Virus record (IMG/VR): IMGVR_UViG_2924880783_000005 | Location: 16,865 to 80,864 of that record | Length of the DNA stretch: 64,000 nt | Reading direction: 5' to 3' (one strand) | Origin: a virus | Lineage: Duplodnaviria > Caudoviricetes | Shown: positions 18,125-27,380 of the stretch, piece by piece | Numbering within the stretch: position 1 is the stretch's first letter | How the letters are laid out: every line of letters starts with the position of its first letter | Made by a program: the position numbers and the translations under genes | The notes under the pieces: model-generated | Told to the model about the DNA's origin: nothing | The model's input: only the letters and a program-made list of their open reading frames with translations | Databases searched by the model: none

Positions 18125-19071
18125 AAGTTTTTAACCATTATTTCAAGTTCATTTTCAACGCGCGAGTCATTATCTTTCCTCAATGTCAGATATAAGGACA
18201 GTTTATCCACCGTGTTGCCTGCCGTTACGGGAGGATAATCCCAAAGTTCGATCATCACATCTCCGTCTATGTCATTGGCTCCGATAAATGTACCGGTCTT
18301 TTCCATATCCTTGAACATGGAGGCGTCGAGCGCGTACATCCGTTTCTCGTCAGGATTCAGGTTTGAATAGCGCGATAATGCGTTATAGCTACAGGTATAC
18401 ATATTATCCACGCAGCTTACGGCATCACAGTAAAAGGTCTTTTTTATCGGATTCCTCAGAAACGGCAGAGCGTTCCGCCATAATTCTTTTCCTTCCGATG
18501 AAAAATGTACAGTCAAGGCATTGTCCTGATTCCGGAGAGTCTCACACAGGTTAAACTGTCCGAGCAATTTGACAGCCCGTGTCAACGTAATATATTTGAA
18601 AGGGACGATATTTTCCAGCTCTCTGAATGTCAACCCTTCAATGCTTTTCATTTGAAGGTGGTACAGCAGCAGGTATTGTGCGACCGCGGACAGGGAGTTT
18701 TTTGTATTGCCCTCCGCCGTTCGGGCATTGATAATCATAAACGGCAGGAATGCGTATTTGTCCGATACGATAAAATAAGCGCCCTGCTTTATCATCCGGT
18801 CCCGCTCATAATTGACCAGGTCGTCAAAAAGGAATACGACCGGCCCGTTCAGGATGGTGGCCAGCCTACGTGCTGTATTTCCATATTGCATGGGAGTATA
18901 CCGTTTGCCTTTTTTATGTGTCAGCAAAATAAAGGAATGGCCTTGGAAGGTCGTAAGGTAGAACTCAAAACTGACCAGAGCATCGGCATACACGCCTCTC
19001 AATTCCGCTTTTTCCATCTTGCGAAGTTCCAGCTTTTCTCCCGCGGCTATTATATTCATTTGTTTTTTCAT
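18118..19071 (-). CDS. HTH-containing partner protein (AbiEi-like antitoxin or regulator)
   Basis: Central wHTH (TFRELENIVPFKYITLTRAVKLL); overlaps the NTase gene; typical upstream position of type IV antitoxins. Confidence 0.65.
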   Translation of the reverse strand: MKKQMNIIAAGEKLELRKMEKAELRGVYADALVSFEFYLTTFQGHSFILLTHKKGKRYTPMQYGNTARRLATILNGPVVFLFDDLVNYERDRMIKQGAYFIVSDKYAFLPFMIINARTAEGNTKNSLSAVAQYLLLYHLQMKSIEGLTFRELENIVPFKYITLTRAVKLLGQFNLCETLRNQDNALTVHFSSEGKELWRNALPFLRNPIKKTFYCDAVSCVDNMYTCSYNALSRYSNLNPDEKRMYALDASMFKDMEKTGTFIGANDIDGDVMIELWDYPPVTAGNTVDKLSLYLTLRKDNDSRVENELEIMVKNLW

Positions 19072-19108
19072 ACTGCTTGCTCAAATTTCATTCGCTGTGA
19101 AAACTGTG

Positions 19109-19116
19109 CAAATATA
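19109..19116 (-). promoter_or_regulatory. Housekeeping -7 element for the three-gene antisense cassette
   Basis: CAAATATA reads TATATTTG on the minus strand, 38 nt upstream of the ATG at 19071. Confidence 0.65.
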
Positions 19117-19368
19117 GTGATAAAACATGATATTACAATTATTTAATCATCTATTTATTTTCTATCATATATATTACAACGTCAATAACAAAGTCAAATA
19201 TAAGACTTTATACTCCTTTGCCCTATATATAATTTTCCGCTCCCTGACATACCCCTTATTTGCCTTTTACAAAAAGGGCCGAGACAATGCAATGCTTGGG
19301 TAATAATGGCAGATGTAACACACCTGTCCATGACTCTTGAAATCTCTTGATAAAATCCCCCAACCTGT

Positions 19369-19398
19369 AACCCGTCCCGGAAGAATCCACCTACACTT
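19369..19398 (+). promoter_or_regulatory. Late-promoter motif variant (AAC-N19-CTACACTT)
   Basis: Restarts rightward transcription after the antisense cassette, upstream of the chaperone. Confidence 0.55.
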
Positions 19399-19422
19399 TA
19401 AGTGAATCAAAAACCTATCGAT

Positions 19423-19776
19423 ATGGATGAAAAGATGCTTACATTGAAACAAGAGTCTGAAATCAAGGAGAAGGCTCTCAAATTGAAGGAGGAGAAGAAA
19501 TTGCGCAAAGTCTACCCGATGGCAGTCTTCGGCGATACGGACTGCGGAGAAAAGGAGGTATACGTCGCCTACATGGGCGAGCCGACATTCCCGCAGTTCT
19601 CGAAGTTCATGGCCGCCTCGAAGAAAGACGAGGTCATGGCCATGCGCACGCTTGCCCGCGACTGCTTCCTCGACGGGGACCGTGAACTCGTGGATAACGA
19701 CTCGCTGTTCCTCTTCGGTCTGATGGGCCAGCTCTCCGAGCTGATCACCACGCGCCAGAGCGTACTGGTAAACTGA
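19423..19776 (+). CDS. Tail assembly chaperone (gpG-like)
   Basis: Lies between tube and tape measure; ends ...CTG GTA AAC TGA. Confidence 0.75.
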   Translation: MDEKMLTLKQESEIKEKALKLKEEKKLRKVYPMAVFGDTDCGEKEVYVAYMGEPTFPQFSKFMAASKKDEVMAMRTLARDCFLDGDRELVDNDSLFLFGLMGQLSELITTRQSVLVN

Positions 19777-19988
19777 TTGACCGGTGGCGCATTACGGACG
19801 AGCAGCGCATCCGCCAGCGGACGATCTACATACGCCACTACTTCCCCGGCGTGAATCTCGACACCGTTACGGACGAGGAGTTCGCGATGCTGTCCGAGGA
19901 TGCGCTGTGGCTGCATGAGCAGATGCTCGCCAGCCGTATGCCGATACCGGTCACCCTGCCCGAAAAAACTTCCCGACAACCGCCGTAA
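19770..19988 (+). CDS. -1 frameshift extension of the tail assembly chaperone (gpGT-like)
   Basis: G_GTA_AAC at 19767-19773; the -1 frame is open for 72 codons (KLIDRWRITDEQRIRQRTIYIRHYFPG...) with no early start codon. Confidence 0.7.
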   Translation, partial: KLIDRWRITDEQRIRQRTIYIRHYFPGVNLDTVTDEEFAMLSEDALWLHEQMLASRMPIPVTLPEKTSRQPP

Positions 19989-20016
19989 GCCCCCGCGACT
20001 TACGGCGGTCGTCTTT
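19975..20016 (+). terminator. Hairpin or terminator before the tape measure gene
   Basis: ACCGCCGTAAG (19979-19989)/CTTACGGCGGT (19999-20009), extendable to 15 bp with one mismatch. Confidence 0.55.
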
Positions 20017-20046
20017 AACCTCCGGTCATAAGGAAACACTAATCTT
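20017..20046 (+). promoter_or_regulatory. Late-promoter motif variant (AAC-N19-CTAATCTT)
   Basis: Directly after the hairpin and 23 nt upstream of the tape measure ATG. Confidence 0.5.
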
Positions 20047-20069
20047 TTACTGCGGAATACCATCAGACT

Positions 20070-23000
20070 ATGGCTCAGGAACAAAACTATCAAGTCAATT
20101 ACAACATCAACGTCGATGCCTCGCAGGGGACCAAGCAGGTCATGGCCTTCGGCGAGGCTGTGGGCAAGCTGGTACAGGCCAAAGCCTCGCTGACGCCGGC
20201 TGTCAACAACATCAAAAACATGATGGAGGAGGTAGACCGCGTGTTCCGCACCAAGAACGGTAAAAAGCGCAGTTTCGACTACCGCCTGACCATCGACACG
20301 AAAAACAGCGAACAAAAACTGGAGCGTGTCAAGGCTCTTCTAAGTGACATCTCGACGTTATCCAAAGGCATCAGCCTGACCATCAATGCCGGTCAGGTAC
20401 TCGACACGAAAAAGGTCAAGTCTGCCACCAAAAGCCTATATGAGAAAAAAGCCGCCGAGATGCGGAAGGCGGACATCGAGAAGAACGCCGCCTCGTCCGT
20501 CACGACGATGGCCGATGCCCAGAAACGCATTACCAAGGCCATCGGCAAAATCAACTCGGCATTGGTTTCCGTTTCGCAAGGTCGTGAGCTCAATCTCAAG
20601 ACCGACGTGGCCGAGCGGCGGCTGCAAACGGTTCTTTCCCTGCTCAAGCAACTCAAAAGTGCCTCCACATTCACCCTAAATATCCGTGACGGGCTTCCCG
20701 TTACGAGTGCCTCCACACCGTTCCCGTATATGCCGGATGTTCCCGTGCCGTTTGCTCCGCAGCCTTTCGTCATGCCCGAAAAATCGCGGCAAAAACTGAT
20801 GGAGAAGCTCTATACCGGCCAGCAGATGCACCGGCAGCGCATGGCGCAGGAGGCGGAGCGGTACGAGGCACAACAGGCCCGGAACAGCCGTCGCAAGGCG
20901 GAGCAGGACGCAGACTGGAGGCGTCGCAATGCCGCCCGCGAAGCGGAGCGTCTGCAACGTCAGGCGGAAGCTGCCCGGCGCAAAGAGGCCGCATCGGCGC
21001 GGCGGGCGGAGGAGAGGCGCCACAAGGCGGAAATCGCCGAGCAGCAACGGGCGGAGAAAGCCGCCCGGCAGCGTGAGCAACGTACCGCCATGCAGTCCGT
21101 GCGGCTGATGCAACGAGAACACACAGCCGCCGGAACGCTCTACCGCAGCAAGCGCCGCGCAGCCATCAACCGCATCCAGTATTCGAAAGCGCCGTCATTC
21201 AGAGATTTGCCCTTCGCCTCGATGCTCAACGCCTACATGGGTTACAGTCTCGTGCGCTCGGAGCTGACGAAAGCCATCGACTACTCCAACATCATGGAGT
21301 CGGCACACTCCATTTTGCGGGTGGCGGATGCCGATCTGAAGACCTTCGAGAAGCGTTTCGACGAGATGGCACGGCATATCCGCAAAATCGGAATCGACAC
21401 GAAGTTCACCGCCGTGGAGATTGCCGGGGCGGTGAAGTACCTCTCGATGGCGGGTATGAATATCGAGACCATACACAAGTCCATCCGTCCGATCACGAAC
21501 CTCGCGCTCATCGGCGACAACGACGTGTCGTACATTGCCGACCTGGCGACCAATATCATGGCGGGGTACGACATCAATAACGACAGCATGGACAGCGTGG
21601 CGGACATCATCGCCTCCACCATCTCGCGCTCGAACGTCAATATCGTCGAAGTGGCCGAATCCTACAAGATGGCAGCCGGTTACCTGCGCATGGCGGGCGT
21701 GGACTTCACGGAATCGACCGCCGCCATCGGCCTGTTGGGTAACATGGGTCTGAAAGGCACGCTGGCCGGTACGTCACTCCGTGCCATGGCTACACGCTTC
21801 GCCAAGCCGACCAAGGAATCCCGGAAAGTACTCGACCGTTTAGGCGTAAAATTCACCGAGATGCGTGACGTCGAGGGCGTCATGGTCGAGAGGCTGCGCC
21901 CTATCGCCGACATCTTCGAGGAACTGAACAAGAAAGGCGCGTCGATGGCCGACATGCAGGCCATATTCGGCAAGATCGGCGGTAATGCCGCCATGATGCT
22001 GGTGCGCAACTACGAACAGTTGCGCTCCCTGACGACCCACAACCGGGGATCGCAGGGCATCTCCTCGGAACTGGCACTCGTAAAACAGAACACCACCAAA
22101 GGCCTGTGGGCACAGGTCACCTCGCAGCTTACCGAAGGGTTCATGCAGGCGTACCAGGTGCTTGAACCTTCCATTCGGGGCGTGCTGCGTTCCCTGCTTG
22201 CGAAGTTCAAGGCTCCGGAATTCACGCGGGGACTGGTCGCCATCGGCAACGCCCTGCTCGATGTCTTCACGGTTATCGGCAATATCGGCGCGTGGGTCAC
22301 GCGCAACTTCCATTGGATAGAGCCCATGCTGTTCACCGGGGTGGTCGCCGCCAAGCTGTTCAAGATTGCCGGCGCCCTGACCAACATCGGCATCGCTGTC
22401 GGTTTCATCGGCAAGCAGTCCGCCGCTGCGGGAACAATCGATGCCGTCCGCAATCTTGTGGGCATGGGCGGTGCAGGCCGACTTTCCTTCGCCCAGAGGC
22501 GAGCCATCGTCTCGACCATGCAGGCTGCTGGTGTTGCGGGTCGCGGGGCCATGGCACAGGCATTGTTAGCCGGCGGCGGCACTATCGGCGCAAAAAACAT
22601 CCTGCAATCTCTTTTTGCTACTCAAGTAGCTACCGGAACCGGTCTGACGGGGGCCGCCGCATCGCTCAGTGCCATAGGCACGGGAGCCGTAGCCGCCACG
22701 GCAGGTATCACCGCCTTAGTCGGGGCATTGGGATGGGTGGCATACAAAACTTGGAAGGTCAAGGAAGCGAAGGATGCCGTGCTTGAAGAGATCGGGCAGA
22801 ACCGCAAATATCGCTATCCCTCCATCGAGGCGCTCTATACCTCGCTCGGCGAGACCTACAGCATGGCCCTGAAAACCAAGCGGGCGGTGGACGAGGTCGT
22901 TGCCGGCAAGACCATCGAGCAGGCGTCCGGACATAAGATCGGGGCCTTCACGCGCAACTGGTGGAGCGGCTGGCTCGGGGAATTCGCCATAGGCGCGTCT

Positions 23001-23942
23001 GAAGGCATGGTCTCGCGTGACAACGTGTACAATATGGACGATGCCCGCCAGGATGATATCCGGGAAGCCCTTGTCACGTTGGCCCAACGCGACAGCCAGA
23101 CCCGTATCAATGCCGCCTACGCCGAGTTCGGAAAGTTAGGAAACGTGTTGGAGGTGAACGCCTTCCTGAAAACGGTCCGGGAGAAGTTCGGGCAGCAGGA
23201 TACGGACCTAGACAAGAGCCTGTGGCGCGTGGTGAACGGGGAAATCGTCTACAACCGGGACATCGGTGACAAGCCGGAGGCGGTCGCCGCACAGACGTAC
23301 GACTACGCCCGGTACATGAACGAGACCACCGTTCCGGAAATCATCCGTGCGGCGACGCTTTATCGTGACGCCATCTCCAGCCCCGCCAATGCACAGGAGC
23401 TGATGCGCAGGGGCGGCTTCGACTTCGCGCAACTTGCCAATTGGGGCTTCTCGCAGGACAAGGACGGGCGGTGGGTACAGCGTGTCCTGGGGAAAGACGC
23501 CACCGATACACAACGGATAGACAATATCGCGGACCGTAAGCTGGCACATAACGCCCTCGTGAAATTCTTCGCCTCGTTGCGACGTACCTTCGGCGGCTCT
23601 GCCGAGGCGGCGGAGAACATCATGCGCATGGCCGGATTCACCCCCGACCAGTACAGCAACGAGCCGGATTCCAACGATGCCCGTCCGTTCGCCACCAACC
23701 CGATAACCAACTCGCATTTAGACGACGGCGGTGCGGGCGGCAACTACTCCGGCACGGGCAAGCTCTCATCGGCGGCTCCCAAGCAGGTCATCGTCAACAT
23801 CGACAGCCTGCTGAGCGTGAAGACCATCGACCTGATGAAATCCAAAGAGGGACAGAGCGAAGAGATACAGAACTTGAAACAACAACTCGCCGAGGCGCTG
23901 ATCGATGTCGTACATGACTTCGACGCCTCCTGGAACGCATAA
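20070..23942 (+). CDS. Tail tape measure protein (TP901-type core)
   Basis: 1290 aa, Ala/Gly-rich; TKFTAVEIAGAVKYLSMAG and GLKGTLAGTSLRAM motifs. Confidence 0.92.
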   Translation: MAQEQNYQVNYNINVDASQGTKQVMAFGEAVGKLVQAKASLTPAVNNIKNMMEEVDRVFRTKNGKKRSFDYRLTIDTKNSEQKLERVKALLSDISTLSKGISLTINAGQVLDTKKVKSATKSLYEKKAAEMRKADIEKNAASSVTTMADAQKRITKAIGKINSALVSVSQGRELNLKTDVAERRLQTVLSLLKQLKSASTFTLNIRDGLPVTSASTPFPYMPDVPVPFAPQPFVMPEKSRQKLMEKLYTGQQMHRQRMAQEAERYEAQQARNSRRKAEQDADWRRRNAAREAERLQRQAEAARRKEAASARRAEERRHKAEIAEQQRAEKAARQREQRTAMQSVRLMQREHTAAGTLYRSKRRAAINRIQYSKAPSFRDLPFASMLNAYMGYSLVRSELTKAIDYSNIMESAHSILRVADADLKTFEKRFDEMARHIRKIGIDTKFTAVEIAGAVKYLSMAGMNIETIHKSIRPITNLALIGDNDVSYIADLATNIMAGYDINNDSMDSVADIIASTISRSNVNIVEVAESYKMAAGYLRMAGVDFTESTAAIGLLGNMGLKGTLAGTSLRAMATRFAKPTKESRKVLDRLGVKFTEMRDVEGVMVERLRPIADIFEELNKKGASMADMQAIFGKIGGNAAMMLVRNYEQLRSLTTHNRGSQGISSELALVKQNTTKGLWAQVTSQLTEGFMQAYQVLEPSIRGVLRSLLAKFKAPEFTRGLVAIGNALLDVFTVIGNIGAWVTRNFHWIEPMLFTGVVAAKLFKIAGALTNIGIAVGFIGKQSAAAGTIDAVRNLVGMGGAGRLSFAQRRAIVSTMQAAGVAGRGAMAQALLAGGGTIGAKNILQSLFATQVATGTGLTGAAASLSAIGTGAVAATAGITALVGALGWVAYKTWKVKEAKDAVLEEIGQNRKYRYPSIEALYTSLGETYSMALKTKRAVDEVVAGKTIEQASGHKIGAFTRNWWSGWLGEFAIGASEGMVSRDNVYNMDDARQDDIREALVTLAQRDSQTRINAAYAEFGKLGNVLEVNAFLKTVREKFGQQDTDLDKSLWRVVNGEIVYNRDIGDKPEAVAAQTYDYARYMNETTVPEIIRAATLYRDAISSPANAQELMRRGGFDFAQLANWGFSQDKDGRWVQRVLGKDATDTQRIDNIADRKLAHNALVKFFASLRRTFGGSAEAAENIMRMAGFTPDQYSNEPDSNDARPFATNPITNSHLDDGGAGGNYSGTGKLSSAAPKQVIVNIDSLLSVKTIDLMKSKEGQSEEIQNLKQQLAEALIDVVHDFDASWNA

Positions 23943-23947
23943 CACCT

Positions 23948-24919
23948 ATGTCACGATTACTGAAAATAGCGGCATCGACCCTGCTGAGCGGCGGTATACT
24001 CAACCACGGCTCGCTCGGTGGATACATCAGCAACGCCACACGTCTGGCATTGGGTATGGGGCTGGCCGAACTGCAGGACGGGCAAGTCCATTATTTCTCC
24101 AAACACCACGACCTGCTCAAACGCGCGGTCGTGCAGATCGCCTCGCAGACGGCTTACGGTATGTTACGCTCCTATCCCCGCTACCTGAAATATTGGGAGC
24201 AGCGTGTCAGGGACAAATACCTCGAGACACAGTCGCAGTCCAGCCTCGCCAACAAGACAGGACAATACTACCAGCTTATCAGCGAGCAGCAGGCTGTGGC
24301 CCAAAAGAAAAATTATACCGATACCATCGTCGGCCGCACTGTCGCGGACTATCTGGAGCTCTCCATTCCCAAAGAGGGCAAATACTACGACAACAAGGAG
24401 TGCAAGGCGGAGTCCAACAGCAAATACGGTCTTGTGACGTTCGTCGATTTGGGACCGCAGGTACAGGTGTCGAGCCGCAACAACATTCTGCTCACGCAGG
24501 TGCAAGGCAGGGATTATACCCGTAAGGAATTCATCTCGGGCGGCGATTTGGAGATTACGATAAACGGTAAGATTACTTCCAAATATCCTGACGTGTATCC
24601 CGAAGCCGAGGTGTCGAAATTCATCAAGCTGGTACAGTTCAAAGGTGTCGTCGATTGCGACAATACCATTTTGCGGCAGTTCAATATCCGTCAGCTCATC
24701 ATTCAGGGCTACACGTTCCAGCCCACGGATTGCCGCAACGTGCAGCCTTATTCGCTCACGTGCGTCGCCGTGGAGCCTTCGGAGGCCGTGGAGCTGAAAC
24801 TCGCCGATGCCGAAGTCGTCGATACGGCCATCAAGCATACCAACAAATGGATCAAATGGGTGAAGTTCGGGACCGAGGTCATCGACCCTGCATCGCTCCT
24901 AAAATTCACATGGCTATGA
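23948..24919 (+). CDS. Baseplate/tail-tube initiator-like protein
   Basis: Directly follows the tape measure gene; VQGRDYTRKEFISGGDLEITING motif. Confidence 0.6.
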   Translation: MSRLLKIAASTLLSGGILNHGSLGGYISNATRLALGMGLAELQDGQVHYFSKHHDLLKRAVVQIASQTAYGMLRSYPRYLKYWEQRVRDKYLETQSQSSLANKTGQYYQLISEQQAVAQKKNYTDTIVGRTVADYLELSIPKEGKYYDNKECKAESNSKYGLVTFVDLGPQVQVSSRNNILLTQVQGRDYTRKEFISGGDLEITINGKITSKYPDVYPEAEVSKFIKLVQFKGVVDCDNTILRQFNIRQLIIQGYTFQPTDCRNVQPYSLTCVAVEPSEAVELKLADAEVVDTAIKHTNKWIKWVKFGTEVIDPASLLKFTWL

Positions 24920-26229
24920 TGGACGTGCTTTGTTGTAGGATTACCATCGGCGACGCCGACCCGTCGAATCCCATGAAGATTACGGACAGCGTGGAAATTA
25001 CGGAGGTCCACACGCTGGAGATCAACGAGAGCTACAAGAAACTCATCGGGACGGCAAAGGTGACCTTCCCCAAGGGAACGGTCTGCCGCTCGACCATTAT
25101 CGGTAGCGTAACGCTGGAAGGCAAGGACGCCTCGCGCCTGACGACGGAGGTCATGCAGGACGGGGTCATCATCGAGAAACGGAGTACACAACGGTTAGTC
25201 GACGAGACGACCTTCAAAGTCGGCCAGCGCATCAACATCAAACTGGGATACAACGGGATATTGAAGAACATGTTCGACGGCTACATCACCGGCTACAATT
25301 CGGACAGTATGATGCAAATACAATGCGAGAACATGGCTTACAAACTCAAACTCAAGCAGGCCCCGCATTTCGAGACACCGGTCAAGGGGACGACCGTGAA
25401 CGACGTACTGGAAGGCAAATACAATATCCTGAAAGATACGGGCTTCAAAATTCACTCCGACACGAAGAAATGCGAGATCCATATCGGCAAGGTCAAGGTG
25501 ACGGACAACTTTACGGTGGCCGACATCCTCTCCGAGTGGTCGAAATACAAGGTCTATTGTTTCCTGAAATATGACGCTGAAGACGGGAGCGCGATGCCGG
25601 CGGTTGCCATCGGCCGGCCCTATTCATCGAGCAAGGCGCAACCGGTCTTTCCCGAGGACGAATCGATGGGACCTTATAGGATTCAATTCAACGAGCACGT
25701 CGCGCAGAGCAATCTGAAGATTGTCAAGACCGACCCGAAATTCCTTGCCGTCACGGGAAAGGCACTCGGTACGGACGAGAAATTTTTCGAAGTGACCATC
25801 CGTCTGAATCCCGAGTACGACCCGACTGTTGCCGGCAGCAAGCAGTACCAGACGGTGAACGCCACGCAAATCTCCAAGAAGACGCACAAGGTCACGGGCA
25901 ACACGACAGCGACGGGGGCTGCGACGAAGACGAAGGTGGACTTATCGACGTATACCATCGTGCCGTACATGTCGCCGCACATCGGCATCACCTCCGACCA
26001 ACTTGTGGAGGAGACGACGGAGTATTTCCGGAATTACAACCTGAACGGCATCACGGGCAGTATCACCCTCTTCGGGGATTTCGGGCTGCAGCCCGCCGTG
26101 CAGGTGGAACTTATCGACAATCGCAATCCGTCGAAGAACGGCGTCTATCTCGTCGAGGAGGTGACGACCACATTCGGGGTCGGAGGATACAGACAACAGT
26201 TGAGTATTCCGTATAAAATAAAGAAATAG
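24916..26229 (+). CDS. Baseplate hub protein (late control D/Mu gp44-like)
   Basis: Start at 24916 (ATGA overlap); MFDGYIT...IQCEN and GSITLFGD...YLVEEVTTTFGVGGYRQ motifs. Confidence 0.72.
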   Translation: MMDVLCCRITIGDADPSNPMKITDSVEITEVHTLEINESYKKLIGTAKVTFPKGTVCRSTIIGSVTLEGKDASRLTTEVMQDGVIIEKRSTQRLVDETTFKVGQRINIKLGYNGILKNMFDGYITGYNSDSMMQIQCENMAYKLKLKQAPHFETPVKGTTVNDVLEGKYNILKDTGFKIHSDTKKCEIHIGKVKVTDNFTVADILSEWSKYKVYCFLKYDAEDGSAMPAVAIGRPYSSSKAQPVFPEDESMGPYRIQFNEHVAQSNLKIVKTDPKFLAVTGKALGTDEKFFEVTIRLNPEYDPTVAGSKQYQTVNATQISKKTHKVTGNTTATGAATKTKVDLSTYTIVPYMSPHIGITSDQLVEETTEYFRNYNLNGITGSITLFGDFGLQPAVQVELIDNRNPSKNGVYLVEEVTTTFGVGGYRQQLSIPYKIKK

Positions 26230-26241
26230 TTATAAAGGACG

Positions 26242-27078
26242 TTATGATATATCCGATTGGGGATTTTCTGCAGCTTTCTGTTTTTCTGACGGATGGTGTT
26301 TTGACTTGTATTTCCATAAGTCGAAATCTTCTATTGAGGCATAATGTCCCAATTGACAGGCAGTATACTTTTCATAGGTATCCTTGTCCACCGGATAGCC
26401 GTTCTGGAAATATTTGACACGGGGCTCATTATACAGGTCTATATACTCAATCATCACCATTGTATTTTTTTCGAAATCTATTTTGGGAATATCATGAGCA
26501 TCCGGCAGACTATATGAATAGGCTAATAAGCTGCCATACTTGGCCAAATTTCTTCTCGTTTTAGAATTCTTTGTCTTGAAAATCAAATCATTGTCGGATA
26601 TACGTTGCGCATTACCCCAATAATCAAAGAGATGGATGTTATCAACAAAATGCTGGTTTGGATGATTGTACGTCCAGACCAAAAATGTTTTTACTATAAT
26701 GTTCTTAATCAGAAATGAGCGTGTGCCATAGTTGTAAATTTCCAGTTCTTCGTATGATGAATCTTTCCCCTCCTCGTCATGTCCCGGATATTCCACATTT
26801 TTAATTATAAAGTTGGGTTGATGCTCCATTTTTTGGTATTCCAGGAGCTGGTCCTGCATTTTCTGCTGATCGAACATGATCCAAATGGTTATCAAACCAA
26901 CGACAATGGAGGCTATCGCGGTACATACTGTGGCAATTCCGACCCATCTGTCCATCTGGCTGTCTTCCGATGGAGTTGTCTCAAGTTGAAACCCTATAAA
27001 AAATACTGCCAGTGTGGTAATGAGTACACATACGAGCACTATCATGCGCGATAATAAAAAATTTTTGTTATTTGCCAT
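26242..27078 (-). CDS. Membrane protein with two N-terminal TM helices (accessory cassette)
   Basis: Hydrophobic segments MIVLVCVLITTLAVFFIGF and WVGIATVCTAIASIVVGLITIWIMF; AT-rich; antisense to the tail genes. Confidence 0.8.
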   Translation of the reverse strand: MANNKNFLLSRMIVLVCVLITTLAVFFIGFQLETTPSEDSQMDRWVGIATVCTAIASIVVGLITIWIMFDQQKMQDQLLEYQKMEHQPNFIIKNVEYPGHDEEGKDSSYEELEIYNYGTRSFLIKNIIVKTFLVWTYNHPNQHFVDNIHLFDYWGNAQRISDNDLIFKTKNSKTRRNLAKYGSLLAYSYSLPDAHDIPKIDFEKNTMVMIEYIDLYNEPRVKYFQNGYPVDKDTYEKYTACQLGHYASIEDFDLWKYKSKHHPSEKQKAAENPQSDIS

Positions 27079-27080
27079 AT

Positions 27081-27272
27081 TCAGTCCCAGTCGTTGAAAT
27101 TATCGGGGTCCATTTCGAGACAGGGCAGCTTCGGGCAGGGAATTTCATGCTGCCGGCAATAGCATCCGCATTTCTCACTTTCTTCTTGACAACAACATTC
27201 CTCCTCATGGCAATGACAGGTATGGATGTCATTGTCCGTTTCCTTTATATAATCTTCTGACTCTGTTTTCAT
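27081..27272 (-). CDS. Small Cys/His/acidic peptide (metallothionein-like composition)
   Basis: 63 aa with 10 Cys; 2-nt gap to the downstream gene; own -7 element upstream. Confidence 0.6.
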   Translation of the reverse strand: MKTESEDYIKETDNDIHTCHCHEEECCCQEESEKCGCYCRQHEIPCPKLPCLEMDPDNFNDWD

Positions 27273-27294
27273 GTCTTAATTTCATAAGCGACTG

Positions 27295-27302
27295 CAAAAT
27301 TA
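27295..27302 (-). promoter_or_regulatory. Housekeeping -7 element for the second antisense cassette
   Basis: CAAAATTA reads TAATTTTG on the minus strand, about 22 nt upstream of 27272. Confidence 0.6.
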
Positions 27303-27340
27303 TAATATTCTCGCCATATAGACGAATGAAAATCAAAATA

Positions 27341-27369
27341 AACCAGGCCTCAAACCATCAGCTACTCTT
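27341..27369 (+). promoter_or_regulatory. Late-promoter motif AAC-N18-CTACTCTT (spike operon)
   Basis: AAC at 27341-27343, CTACTCTT at 27362-27369. Confidence 0.7.
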
Positions 27370-27380
27370 AAAAAAACATC

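Noticed and set aside
24655-24915. Upstream extension of the hub ORF (and similar over-long starts at 28166, 40508, 44120 and 58556)
   Set aside because: They overlap real genes; ATGA-coupled or A-rich downstream starts fit better.
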